Position numbers and translations under genes: made by a program. Shown here piece after piece: positions 21,583 to 30,597 of a stretch of 32,000 bases of DNA. The stretch's first letter is position 1, and every line of letters begins with the position of its first letter. The notes under the pieces were generated by a model. It searched no databases. It worked only from the letters and a program-made list of their open reading frames with translations, and was not told where the DNA came from. The stretch lies in assembly GCF_900167395.1 (NCBI RefSeq), contig NZ_FUWK01000021.1:1-32000 (forward strand), written 5' to 3'. This DNA is from Nitrosomonas europaea (lineage in GTDB: Bacteria > Pseudomonadota > Gammaproteobacteria > Burkholderiales > Nitrosomonadaceae).

Positions 21583-24084
21583 TCAGAATCTTATATTGAG
21601 TGCAACACGAACATTACGCGGTGCGCCGTAGTAACTCGCCGGTACCGTTTGGTAATACTTCTCATCGAAGAGATTGTAGAGATTGGCGGATAAAGCGACC
21701 ATTTTGGTAATCTCGAGGCGCGCCATCAGATCAACCACCGCATAACCGCCCTGGGAAATCTCGACTCTGGCAGGACCCTGGTCATTACGATAGATGCGAT
21801 TCTGCCAGCGTACGCCACCACCGATCGTCAAACCTTCTGCAACAGTCGGAAAACGGTAAGTGGAAAACAGTTTGAACGTATTCCGGGGAACCTGGGTATT
21901 CAGCTTCACTTTATCCCGGTCTTCCGTTACGTTATGAGCAAACCCGACTGATGCCTGCCAGTTCCGGGTCAGCATACCGGCCAGTTCCATCTCGAAACCA
22001 TCGGTTCTGGCCCCGGATACTGACCGGTAAGCGGTTGAACCATCCGGTGCCAGTACATTATTCGGCAGTGCAACGGCGAGGTTATCCTGCTGAATTCTGT
22101 AGACTGCACCATGCAGATTCAAACGATTATCAAAGAATGCCGCCTTGATACCTGCCTCATAACTGTTGCCCAGCAATGGATCGATAAATGCACCATTTTC
22201 GCTGCGTACCGTCTGTGGCTTGAAAATACTGGTATAGCTGGCATAAACCGTCCAGTTATCGAGAAAATCGTAGGTAATCCCTGCAAATGGAATAATTTCC
22301 GGATCCTGATTGGAATTGATCCGTGTTATGTTGCCAGTCTGATAGTTTTCGGAAAAACGCTTGAACTTCCAGTGCGTTACTCTGGCTCCCCCAATCAGGG
22401 ACAATGAATCGAGTAATCTGAATCGGCCTGTCGCATAGCCGCTGATAACCTGCTCATCCTGACCCCACTCACCGATAGGCGTATCGTTGGTGGGTGGCAT
22501 AGTGGGTGTATTGCCATCCCAGGTGAAAATATTACCGATCGAGTTGCTCCAGTTGTCGAAAAACCATAGCCGGTAAGTAGGTGTGTGATCTTTCGTGAAC
22601 GAGAACAGGGTCCCGGCAATCAGATCATGCTTGCGTCCGAACAGAGAAAATGAACCCATGGTGTAAACATCGAGTGTATTTTGTGTAGGCGCGCCTTTCC
22701 AGCGACCGGCCCAGAGGTTGACTCCCGCACCGGTTGCTTTATCAGGATAACCACCCAGCGCATAACCCAGTACTTCATCGTATTTAGTGACTGTACGATT
22801 CCACGATATTCTCGCCAGCCAGTCCTCGTTGAAGCGGTGATCCAGTGTCACGAATACCATCTCACCATTCCTTTTGGAATAAGCCCAGTTTGCGGCCGCG
22901 GTATCGGATCGTCCCCAGGTAGTGCGTGTCCCGTCAGAGTAGAAAGCCGGTAAAGCGCCTCTTGCATTTGCGGTTTGATCCTGCTCCTGGAACATGAAAC
23001 CGGCCGTTGCCAGTGTGGAAGGTGTCAGATCTGCCTCGACAATCCCATAAAGCAGCGATCTTTTCTGTTCCTCACGATCGATATAGGAATCGCTGGTATT
23101 CAGCACACCCACCAGCCTGCCGCGCACTTTTCCCGATGGAATCAGTGGCATGGAAATATCCCCTTCGGCTCGGCGATATCCCCAGTTTCCTCCTTCGAAT
23201 CTCGTCGCGGCCCGGAATGTATCTGTCGGACGCTTGCGTATCAGATTGATACTGGCACCGGGTGTGCCGACACTATTCATCAAGCCATTAGCGCCCCGCA
23301 CGATCTCGACACGATCGAAGATCGCCATATCATTGGTCTGAAAAATACGGTTGTAGTTATTGTAAATCTGCGGCACGCCATCGATCTGATAGTTATCGAC
23401 AGCAAACCCGCGCGCATAAAAAGTGGCGGAATCGGACTGACTGCTCCCGCCTGACTGGAATACCATCCCGGTGGTCTGATTCACGACATCAGAAAGTTGT
23501 GTCAATCCTTGATCTTCCATACGCTGGCGTGTCATGACACTGACAGACTGGGGTGTTTCGCGCAGAGTCAATGGCAAACGGGTAGAAGTATTGGTCGAAC
23601 CGGTCGTATAAGAGCCAGTGTCCTCAGTCGTCGGATCAACTATCCCGGATGTCATGACAGTCATTGCCGGCAATGTCAACGCCCCCTCTGAAGGTTGAGA
23701 AACAGTGGCAGACGATCCTCTCAGGGTATAGCTGCCGTCAGCCGTTCTTACTGCTTCCAGCCCGCTACCAGCCAGTAAAGCAGATAATCCGTCGTGAGCC
23801 GTATAGTTACCATTCAATCCTGCGCTTTGCAGACTGTTGGTCAGCTCTGTCGAGAATGACAGCAAAATGCCTGCTTCCCGACCGAAATCATTGAGTACAG
23901 TAGTCAGTGAACCGGCTGGAATGTGGTAATGCCTGACAACCCCGGATTGCTGCGCACTGACTGGCGATATCATGGTCAGGTACGATACAGCCAGCATCAC
24001 GATCAGGAACAGGCGCGCGATCGCCCTGCCGTTCCACAAACGTTGAAATGATGGTAATAAAAAATAATGTTTGATGATGATCAT
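21583..24084 (-). CDS. TonB-dependent siderophore receptor/transducer with STN domain
   Basis: 833 aa with a signal-like N-terminus (...ISPVSA/QQ) and the STN-like HYHIPAGSLTTVLNDFGREAGILLSFSTELT...DGSYTLR. The plug motifs are ETPQSVSVMTRQRMEDQ and FDRVEIVRGANGLM. The barrel ends in RF. Confidence 0.95.
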   Translation of the reverse strand: MIIIKHYFLLPSFQRLWNGRAIARLFLIVMLAVSYLTMISPVSAQQSGVVRHYHIPAGSLTTVLNDFGREAGILLSFSTELTNSLQSAGLNGNYTAHDGLSALLAGSGLEAVRTADGSYTLRGSSATVSQPSEGALTLPAMTVMTSGIVDPTTEDTGSYTTGSTNTSTRLPLTLRETPQSVSVMTRQRMEDQGLTQLSDVVNQTTGMVFQSGGSSQSDSATFYARGFAVDNYQIDGVPQIYNNYNRIFQTNDMAIFDRVEIVRGANGLMNSVGTPGASINLIRKRPTDTFRAATRFEGGNWGYRRAEGDISMPLIPSGKVRGRLVGVLNTSDSYIDREEQKRSLLYGIVEADLTPSTLATAGFMFQEQDQTANARGALPAFYSDGTRTTWGRSDTAAANWAYSKRNGEMVFVTLDHRFNEDWLARISWNRTVTKYDEVLGYALGGYPDKATGAGVNLWAGRWKGAPTQNTLDVYTMGSFSLFGRKHDLIAGTLFSFTKDHTPTYRLWFFDNWSNSIGNIFTWDGNTPTMPPTNDTPIGEWGQDEQVISGYATGRFRLLDSLSLIGGARVTHWKFKRFSENYQTGNITRINSNQDPEIIPFAGITYDFLDNWTVYASYTSIFKPQTVRSENGAFIDPLLGNSYEAGIKAAFFDNRLNLHGAVYRIQQDNLAVALPNNVLAPDGSTAYRSVSGARTDGFEMELAGMLTRNWQASVGFAHNVTEDRDKVKLNTQVPRNTFKLFSTYRFPTVAEGLTIGGGVRWQNRIYRNDQGPARVEISQGGYAVVDLMARLEITKMVALSANLYNLFDEKYYQTVPASYYGAPRNVRVALNIRF

Positions 24085-24135
24085 ATTGTTTTCTCGATAT
24101 TGGAATGTAAATAGCCCTCCTATCTACATTGCCCC

Positions 24136-24158
24136 TCGAAAAACAAAATGGGATCACC
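24136..24158 (-). promoter_or_regulatory. Candidate ECF promoter, GGTGA-N14-TCGA
   Basis: On the minus strand: GGTGA (24158..24154), 14 nt (tcccattttgtttt), TCGA (24139..24136), 52 nt before ATG 24084. Confidence 0.3.
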
Positions 24159-24286
24159 TCTCACCAAAAAATCCAGAGCATGCTGTAAAGTTTGGCAAGT
24201 GAAAAGAAGATGCTGATTGATCAGATTTCCGGCATCAGGTTCTGCCTGTAATACCACCAGCATGGCCGGTGGCTTGTTTCCATAGG

Positions 24287-26740
24287 TTAAAACCTGAATT
24301 TCAAAGTACCCAGGACTGTTCGCTCCAGACCGGGGTAGGCTCGCCAGCCGGGATCATTGTAGGACAGGTATTTATTATTGAAGAGGTTGCTCGCATTGAT
24401 GGTAAACATCCAGGGCCCGTTATCGTAGCGAAGCATGGCGTCAAACAAAGTATAAGAAGGTGTCGTACTGGTATTCTCCAGGTCATTGAAAATTCTTCCC
24501 ACATAGCGTACGCCTCCGCCGATTCCAAAACCTCGCAGCCAATTTACCCCCAGATTTCCCAGGGAATAATCCAGCCAGGCAGAAGTCATGAGATGAGGCA
24601 CCTGAATTGGCATTTTATCTTTGTCGATATCCGTACTTTTGGTTACGGTTACGTCATGATAGGTAAATGATCCAATAAAATTCAGCCCGCGTAACAATTC
24701 TGCTCTTGCTTCCACTTCGACTCCACGTGACCCGATTTCACCAGTCTGCCTGTTACGAAAAAAAGGATCATCGGGATCAGGCGTAGGCACGTTGGTTTTG
24801 GTCAGATCAAAGAATGCCACTGTATACAGGCTTCTTCCTCCTGCAGGTTGATATTTGACACCGACTTCATATTGCGTGCCACGAGTCGGCTCGAAAGGGC
24901 GATTGCTGGAATCGAGTCCTGGTAACGGAAGAAATGATTGTGAATAGCTCACATAAGGTGCAACCCCGCTGGAAAAAAGGTAAGTCAGCCCTGCTCGTCC
25001 GGTATAGGCATTGTCCCTGTTGCGAGTATTGGTAGTGCTTAAAAAATCAGCATCTTTAGTATCAACTCTGTCATAGCGGCCGCTCAATGTCAGAATCCAG
25101 TTCTCTCCGTACCTGATTTGATCCTGAAGATAGATACCGAGCTGATCGATCTCTTGCTTTGCATCGATATCCAGACTATCGGGTACAGGAACCGATATGC
25201 CATAGATCGGATTAAACACATCGATACCGGGAGCCTCTCCTGAAAAGAATCTCAGGGAAGCATTCGTCCTGTTCCAGTCAACACCCAGTAACGCCGTATG
25301 ATTCAACGGGCCTGTATCGAGCCCGGCTTGAAGATGAGTATCGAGCACTGTTTGAGTCAGGCGCTCTTTCGTTGTCATGGCACTTCTTTGCATCAGCGTG
25401 GGAATATCGGCATCAAAACCAGCACGAAACATATCGTTGAAATTGCCATCTTGCTGCATATAACGAAAATTCTGCCGTGCAGTGAATGTCTCATTAAAGT
25501 TATGTTCGATCTGATAGCTGAATGAGGATTGATTCGTCGCGTATTTAACGAACTTTGAATCTGTCTGTACAACATCGGTATGTCTGCCATCAGGTGTCGT
25601 AAGAAAGAAGGGGGAGGCTTCCGCCCGGTTATTGAGAACCTCTCCCATGAGCGTGACAGTCGTATCAGCTGTCGGGTGCCAGGTCACCGAAGGAGCAACA
25701 TAAAAACGCCTGAGCCCCGCACGATCTCCTCCTGTATTGGGATATCTGACCTGTGTGTCTGAATCGAGTCCAAGCGTTACCAGGCGAAACATCAAGCTAC
25801 GATCATTATTTGCGAAGCCTAAATCGGCGGCAATCCGCTTACGATCGAAATTACCATATTGCAATTCGATCTCCCGAATGGGATCGGCACTCGGTCGTTT
25901 AGTAATCCGGTTGACGATACCTCCGGCATCCCCTCGCCCGAAAGTCACTGAAGTAGGTCCGCGCAGCACATCGACACGTTCCAGGCCGTAAGTATCGGTA
26001 ATGAAAGAACCGAAATACAGCCCTTGAGCAGCCATGCTCAAACCATCGCGAAAAAGAGAAGTCGTGAGCCCCTGAAACCCGCGCAAAAGCAGATATTCAT
26101 AGCCTCGCCCTTCAAATCCCCATTGATCGACCACCACACCGGGGGTGTAACGTAAAGCTTCGCTCATATCCTGTACGCTGCGCATATCGAGCTCACGGCG
26201 CGTAACCACAGAAATCGATTGCGGCACCTCGATCAACGGTGTATCTGTTTTCGTTCCCGAACTGCTGCGCTTTGCGACATAGCCAGTATCATCAGCATTT
26301 TCCGTACTGGTCGAGACAGTCACGACCGGTAATGCCGTTACACCTGCCTGAGCTGCTTTGATGGGTGCCCGGCGCAGTGTATAGCTGCTGTCAGCATTAC
26401 GTATCAGTTCCAGATCACTGTTTGCCAGTAACCGGTTGAATCCTTCACTTACTGAAAAATTTCCTGTCAGCGCGGGGCTGGTAAGCCCCTCTGTGAGTGC
26501 CGGATCAAACGAGAGTGCGATACCGGCAATTGTTGCAAAATGTGAAAGTGTCCGTCCCAGTGGGCCTGCCGGAATGTCATAGTGCTTTCGGGCAGCTGCA
26601 TCGGGTGTATCCAGTGTGTTTTCAGCCGCCTGGGCGGGAAATGTTGTGGCGGCGACAATCAGTAGCAGTAGCGACAATACGGCATACCTCACCCGGCCTG
26701 ATAGGAGGCGGATGGAGTGAACAAGAGGGGCAAACAGCAT
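24287..26740 (-). CDS. TonB-dependent siderophore receptor/transducer with STN domain
   Basis: 817 aa with signal ...TFPAQA/AEN and the STN-like HYDIPAGPLGRTLSHFATIAGIALSFDPALT...DSSYTLRR. The plug motifs are EVPQSISVVTRRELDMR and ERVDVLRGPTSVTFG. The barrel ends in KFRF. Confidence 0.95.
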   Translation of the reverse strand: MLFAPLVHSIRLLSGRVRYAVLSLLLLIVAATTFPAQAAENTLDTPDAAARKHYDIPAGPLGRTLSHFATIAGIALSFDPALTEGLTSPALTGNFSVSEGFNRLLANSDLELIRNADSSYTLRRAPIKAAQAGVTALPVVTVSTSTENADDTGYVAKRSSSGTKTDTPLIEVPQSISVVTRRELDMRSVQDMSEALRYTPGVVVDQWGFEGRGYEYLLLRGFQGLTTSLFRDGLSMAAQGLYFGSFITDTYGLERVDVLRGPTSVTFGRGDAGGIVNRITKRPSADPIREIELQYGNFDRKRIAADLGFANNDRSLMFRLVTLGLDSDTQVRYPNTGGDRAGLRRFYVAPSVTWHPTADTTVTLMGEVLNNRAEASPFFLTTPDGRHTDVVQTDSKFVKYATNQSSFSYQIEHNFNETFTARQNFRYMQQDGNFNDMFRAGFDADIPTLMQRSAMTTKERLTQTVLDTHLQAGLDTGPLNHTALLGVDWNRTNASLRFFSGEAPGIDVFNPIYGISVPVPDSLDIDAKQEIDQLGIYLQDQIRYGENWILTLSGRYDRVDTKDADFLSTTNTRNRDNAYTGRAGLTYLFSSGVAPYVSYSQSFLPLPGLDSSNRPFEPTRGTQYEVGVKYQPAGGRSLYTVAFFDLTKTNVPTPDPDDPFFRNRQTGEIGSRGVEVEARAELLRGLNFIGSFTYHDVTVTKSTDIDKDKMPIQVPHLMTSAWLDYSLGNLGVNWLRGFGIGGGVRYVGRIFNDLENTSTTPSYTLFDAMLRYDNGPWMFTINASNLFNNKYLSYNDPGWRAYPGLERTVLGTLKFRF

Positions 26741-26792
26741 GGACTTTTTCCTTCAATTTCCGGTTATAGAGAGTTTTCATCTCTATTGCCAG

Positions 26793-26814
26793 TCGAAGCA
26801 GGAAAAAGTCTCAC
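26793..26814 (-). promoter_or_regulatory. Candidate ECF promoter, GTGA-N14-TCGA
   Basis: On the minus strand: GTGA (26814..26811), 14 nt (gactttttcctgct), TCGA (26796..26793), 53 nt before ATG 26740. Confidence 0.3.
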
Positions 26815-26863
26815 ACCCTGGTGAAAATAGTCGGCAGTTTACCGGCCATTAGAAAGCGATGTA

Positions 26864-29059
26864 TCAATAATCGATGCTGGCACTGACTACGAAAGTACGC
26901 GGCATACCGGCTACCAGATAACCCTGTCCAGGGTAGCCGCCTACAGAAGCCCAATGTTTGCGATTGGTGACGTTATCGACGCGGCCTCGCAATGTGACCA
27001 GATGCCCCCTGAATTCGGTGAGATAACGCAAACCCAGATCCAGCCGTGTCCATCCTGCCACCTTCACCGTATTGACATCATTGGCGTAACTTGAACCGGT
27101 ATGAACGACACGACTGTCAAAAGTCACGCCCTGTAAACCGGGAATATCCCAATCCGCTCCCATACTGGCCTGGAAACTCGGTACCCCGATCACACGCTGG
27201 CCATCAGTAGTGACGTCACCGGTAGATCGTTGTTTGGCATCCAGCCAAGTGGCACCGCCCAGCAGGCGAAGACCGCGTATTACTTCCCCATAGATACCGA
27301 GCTCTACCCCTCTGTGTCGATCTCGTCCGGATGAAGTGAATACATTGTCTGCATCGATGATTGAACGTGGCTTCGTTGTCGTGAAAAGTGCAATCGTAGC
27401 GCCAATGTGGCCACCATCGTACTTGGCCCCGATTTCCTTTTGCTTGGAAACATAGGGAGCGAGCACTTGACCGCTATTGATTGCTGTACCCGGGGCAGTG
27501 TCACCCTGGGTCAATCCCTCGATATAGTTGCCATAGATCGAGAATTGCTTATTGATCTTATAAACAGCACTTACGCTCGGGCTGATCCGATTACGATCGT
27601 ATGCAGGTGACTTGGCTTCTGTGTCATAAGCATAACTTTCCGTTCGCAGATTCTGATGCCGGAATCCGGCTGTCAGGAGAATCCTGTCTTCCAGGATAGA
27701 TACAGTATCTCCTATGGCAAAGCTCAGTAAGCGGGTACGTCCGGTCAAACCCGGGGAAGACAGATTATTACCCCGGAAAGCACTGCTGCTGAAATCGGGT
27801 TTTTCCCACGATACCGGGGAAAATATGTTGGTATTCAGTTGGTTGAAGAAATCCCAGGCGTAAGCATTTTTCCTTTCGTTTTCGAAGTATGAGCCTGCTA
27901 TTACCACGCGATGATCTATTGGCCCGGTACTGAATTTACCTCTGATACCAATTTCTCCGGTATCGACATTATCCTTGCGAGTATTGTCAAACCGGGTAGC
28001 ATAACCATCCCCTGTATCTCTGTCGGCCAGTGTGAAATTGGCCAAGGAATTTTTTTCGTCAGTACGACGCAGACCATAGGCTGCCCATGCAGTCAGATAG
28101 GCATTGATGTCATATTCGCCGCGCAATGTTCCAAAAATATCGCTCTCGTTCGAATATGACCAGGGCTGTGCAAAGTTGGTGGTTGGATCAGGCAACCTGG
28201 GTGAACCAGTAATCCCCGATCCGAGGGTAACGTTGGTACGGGTACGTTTCAAACGGTTATCCTGCCAGCCGATGTCCGCTGACAGACGAAGCTTGTCACC
28301 ACGCCAGTCCAGCCCAACTGCAGCAAGTCCCGTTTGTACTCCTTCTTTATCAACTGCCGTACCGCCACCTCGATATGCGCCATTGAAACGGATACCTATT
28401 TTCTGATCTGGTCCAAATCGGCGGGCAACATCCACCCCCACATTATGATGCCAGCCGCTGCCGACATGCGTGGTCAAACGTGTCAGCGGTTCATTGGGTG
28501 CGCGTTTGGGCAGCAGATTGATCGCCCCGCCGATTCCACCCCCACCGGGATTGGCACCCGTCAGAAAGGCAGAGGCACCACGCATTACCTCGACCCGTTC
28601 AAACAATTCGGTAGCGATATATTGACGTGGCAGCAAACTGAAAAGACCATTGAACGCAACGTCGTCTGAACCCAGAATAAACCCGCGAATGAAATAGGAT
28701 TCCTGGAAATTACCAAAACCACGGGCTACCCGAACACTGGGATCATTCTGCAGAACATCACCTACACTGCGTGCCTGCCGATCTTGAATCAGCTCATTGG
28801 TATAACTGGTAATCGAGAACGGTGTATCCATATTGTCGTTCGTACCAAGAATACCAGCTCTTCCCCCACGCGCCACCTGACCACCGGCATAAGGAGGTGA
28901 TAATCCTTCAGCTGAAGCATCGGCACTGGTACTGACGGTAATTCCGGGCAGAAACGTTTTACCGCTGGCAGTATCATTATCCTCATTCGATGGTGATTGA
29001 GCATAGATAGTAGTAATACTGGAAACCAGTATTACCAGGACTCCCCCAAATTTATACAT
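26864..29059 (-). CDS. TonB-dependent receptor without an STN signalling domain
   Basis: 731 aa. The short signal MYKFGGVLVILVSSITTIYA/QS leads directly into the plug (DTPFSITSYTNELIQDRQARSVGDVL, ERVEVMRGASAFL). There is no FecA-type N-terminal extension. The barrel ends in ASIDY. Confidence 0.93.
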   Translation of the reverse strand: MYKFGGVLVILVSSITTIYAQSPSNEDNDTASGKTFLPGITVSTSADASAEGLSPPYAGGQVARGGRAGILGTNDNMDTPFSITSYTNELIQDRQARSVGDVLQNDPSVRVARGFGNFQESYFIRGFILGSDDVAFNGLFSLLPRQYIATELFERVEVMRGASAFLTGANPGGGGIGGAINLLPKRAPNEPLTRLTTHVGSGWHHNVGVDVARRFGPDQKIGIRFNGAYRGGGTAVDKEGVQTGLAAVGLDWRGDKLRLSADIGWQDNRLKRTRTNVTLGSGITGSPRLPDPTTNFAQPWSYSNESDIFGTLRGEYDINAYLTAWAAYGLRRTDEKNSLANFTLADRDTGDGYATRFDNTRKDNVDTGEIGIRGKFSTGPIDHRVVIAGSYFENERKNAYAWDFFNQLNTNIFSPVSWEKPDFSSSAFRGNNLSSPGLTGRTRLLSFAIGDTVSILEDRILLTAGFRHQNLRTESYAYDTEAKSPAYDRNRISPSVSAVYKINKQFSIYGNYIEGLTQGDTAPGTAINSGQVLAPYVSKQKEIGAKYDGGHIGATIALFTTTKPRSIIDADNVFTSSGRDRHRGVELGIYGEVIRGLRLLGGATWLDAKQRSTGDVTTDGQRVIGVPSFQASMGADWDIPGLQGVTFDSRVVHTGSSYANDVNTVKVAGWTRLDLGLRYLTEFRGHLVTLRGRVDNVTNRKHWASVGGYPGQGYLVAGMPRTFVVSASIDY

Positions 29060-29098
29060 GATTTATTTTGTCTGAAAAAAAACCACATAATACAAAAT

Positions 29099-29117
29099 AA
29101 TAATGATAATGGTTATT
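29099..29117. promoter_or_regulatory. Fur box upstream of the STN-less receptor
   Basis: AATAATGATAATGGTTATT matches GATAATGATAATCATTATC at 15/19 positions. It lies 40 nt upstream of ATG 29059, in an AT-rich promoter region. Confidence 0.65.
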
Positions 29118-29422
29118 ATTTGTGAATAATGGCTCAGAAGACTTTTTAAATCCGTGATCGTAGTGATCTGAATTGCCTGCGCTCGATTGGCGCTGGTAAT
29201 CGCCTGCCGCCGCAGATGCTCGATCAACACTTCGACCAGCACAAATCCCCTGTCTGCATCGTCGGCTCGGTCAGCAGCTGGAATACAGGATCGATCAAAG
29301 GCGTTAATCAGGCTTTTTATGACTGTTCATCCCAGGCTCCAGGAAAAGTTGAAAGGATTTGAAAACCCGCATCTTCTCTTATGTAGATGAACAACCTGTT
29401 GAGAAATGACAAAAAAATTAAG

Positions 29423-29731
29423 TCACGATGATTGTTGCGCCGCGTGTTTCACTCGTAAAATCTCCACGGTGCAGGCTTCGTCCAGCACACGATAGAACAC
29501 TATGTAATTCCGATGGGCAACCAGCTCGCGCACAAAAGCAGACGAGCCCGGCCGGCCAGTGCGACCCATCTTCGGATTCTGTGTAAGCGGCAGGATCTTG
29601 TCGCGCAGTTCCTGGCCGAACTCCTCGGTCCTGGTTGGATTGTCCTGAGCAATGTAGTCAATGATGTTATCCAAATCGGCCTCGGCCATCGGACGTCAGA
29701 CGATGCGGTAAGGGGTTTTCACCTTCACCAT
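29423..29731 (-). pseudogene. parE: ParE/RelE-family toxin gene with an in-frame TGA at codon 12
   Basis: From ATG 29731 the frame reads MVKVKTPYRIV, then TGA (29698..29696), then RP MAEADLDNIIDYIAQDNPTRTEEFGQELRDKILPLTQNPKMGRTGRPGSSAFVRELVAHRNYIVFYRVLDEACTVEILRVKHAAQ (ParE fold motifs). The track reports only the part from M15 (29423..29689). Confidence 0.75.
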
Positions 29732-29756
29732 TGGCCAGCCACCGGCGGCTCAAAGT

Positions 29757-30212
29757 TCATGCACGCTTGGCTCCCGCTGCCTTGTGGCGAACAATGCGGG
29801 CATCCATTCGGGCCATGACTTCATCGTGCGGGATGCCTGGCCGGGGGTCGTCGATGGCTTCCTGAATCTCAGCAGCAAGCCACTCGTTATAGGCGGCCGC
29901 TTCATGAGCCTTGTGTAGTGCTTTGGCACGATTATCACTGGAACGTGCTACTGGCTCACGTTCGTCCGGGTTCCATTCGCTGGCATCAAACTGACCGATA
30001 GTAATACCCACCTCACGCAGCACATTTAAGGCAGCAGCCGGGTTGCCGAAGCGACGCGGTTCACTGTTGCGAGCCTTCGTCAGAATAGCTGCGACACCGC
30101 TGCGCGTGTTGATCTGAACAAGGAATGCACCGCCTTGCCCTTTCAGAGTTACACTCGAAACGCCACCGGTTTCACTGGCCGTCCGAAGCTGTTCAAGAGT
30201 CATGCTTCGCAT
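29757..30212 (-). CDS. Putative antitoxin in the ParD position, two-domain (unknown N-terminal domain plus a ParD/stability-determinant-like C-terminus)
   Basis: It lies directly upstream (25 nt) of parE. AAGGAGA sits 4 nt before ATG 30212 (MRSMTLEQL...). The C-terminal AAYNEWLAAEIQEAIDDPRPGIPHDEVMARMDARI resembles short antitoxin modules. I do not recognise the N-terminal about 90 aa. Confidence 0.55.
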   Translation of the reverse strand: MRSMTLEQLRTASETGGVSSVTLKGQGGAFLVQINTRSGVAAILTKARNSEPRRFGNPAAALNVLREVGITIGQFDASEWNPDEREPVARSSDNRAKALHKAHEAAAYNEWLAAEIQEAIDDPRPGIPHDEVMARMDARIVRHKAAGAKRA

Positions 30213-30329
30213 ATTTCTCTCCTTACCGTAGCGCAATACCTACGTAAATTGGTGCATTACTTATTAAAAATGTGCAAACCCTGATGGGGAACGATGAGTG
30301 GAATTCGAGATTTAGAGTTGCTGAGGAAC

Positions 30330-30387
30330 TTCTGTCAAACCCTTCATGAGCCGCATTACAGGCAGAATTGTGATGATCGCAAGAAGC
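30330..30387. repeat. 59-bp intergenic repeat, copy X2
   Basis: ttctgtcaaacccttcatgagccgcattacaggcagaattgtgatgatcgcaagaagc is homologous to 21441..21499. Confidence 0.6.
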
Positions 30388-30392
30388 ATAGC

Positions 30393-30419
30393 AGGATGCG
30401 GTGAGGTACGAACCGCATC
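30393..30419. repeat. Hairpin repeat core, copy C (inverted relative to copies A and B)
   Basis: aGGATGCGGT-gaggtacga-ACCGCATC has a perfect 8-bp stem. Its reverse complement matches the core gatgcagttcgtacctcaccgtatcct of 8952..8999 and 10872..10919. Confidence 0.6.
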
Positions 30420-30496
30420 TACATGCTAAGTAACGTTGATTGATGGTTCCTGCGCTCCGGCAGCCAGTATGCCCCGCTAGAGCTAGGCAGGTTGCA

Positions 30497-30583
30497 TTCC
30501 CATGCAGAGCATGGGAACGATCAACCATATCTTACAGATGAACAAAAGTGTGTCATTGCGAACCCCGAAGGCCTCGCGATGAC
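30497..30583. repeat. Two strong stem-loops (REP-like) in the spacer 3' of receptor paralog 3
   Basis: TTCCCATG-cagag-CATGGGAA (30497..30517, 8 bp perfect) and GTCATTGCGA-12 nt-TCGCGATGAC (30552..30583, 10 bp with one G-U). Both are absent from the equivalent spacer after paralog 2. Confidence 0.45.
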
Positions 30584-30597
30584 AGCGGTTAGGGTTC

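Noticed and set aside
24237-24275. 13-nt match (ttctgcctgtaat) to the reverse complement of the 59-bp X repeat
   Set aside because: Similarity does not extend convincingly beyond 13 nt. A match of this length is borderline compatible with chance in a 2 x 32-kb search.
29130-29420. Possible gene remnant on the minus strand (…DRGFVLVEVLIEHLRRQAITSANRAQAIQITTITDLKSLLS…) between parE and the Fur-box promoter
   Set aside because: It is an open frame of about 90 codons without a start codon, and I cannot assign a family. It may be a fragment of a mobile-element gene, but that is unsupported without a database search (blastx of 29130..29420 would decide).
30223-30528. 101-aa minus-strand ORF (Cys/His/Ala-rich)
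   Set aside because: It spans the repeat and hairpin cluster and the parD-like promoter. It has no RBS, its composition is driven by the palindromes, and its frame differs from the repeat-encoded peptide.
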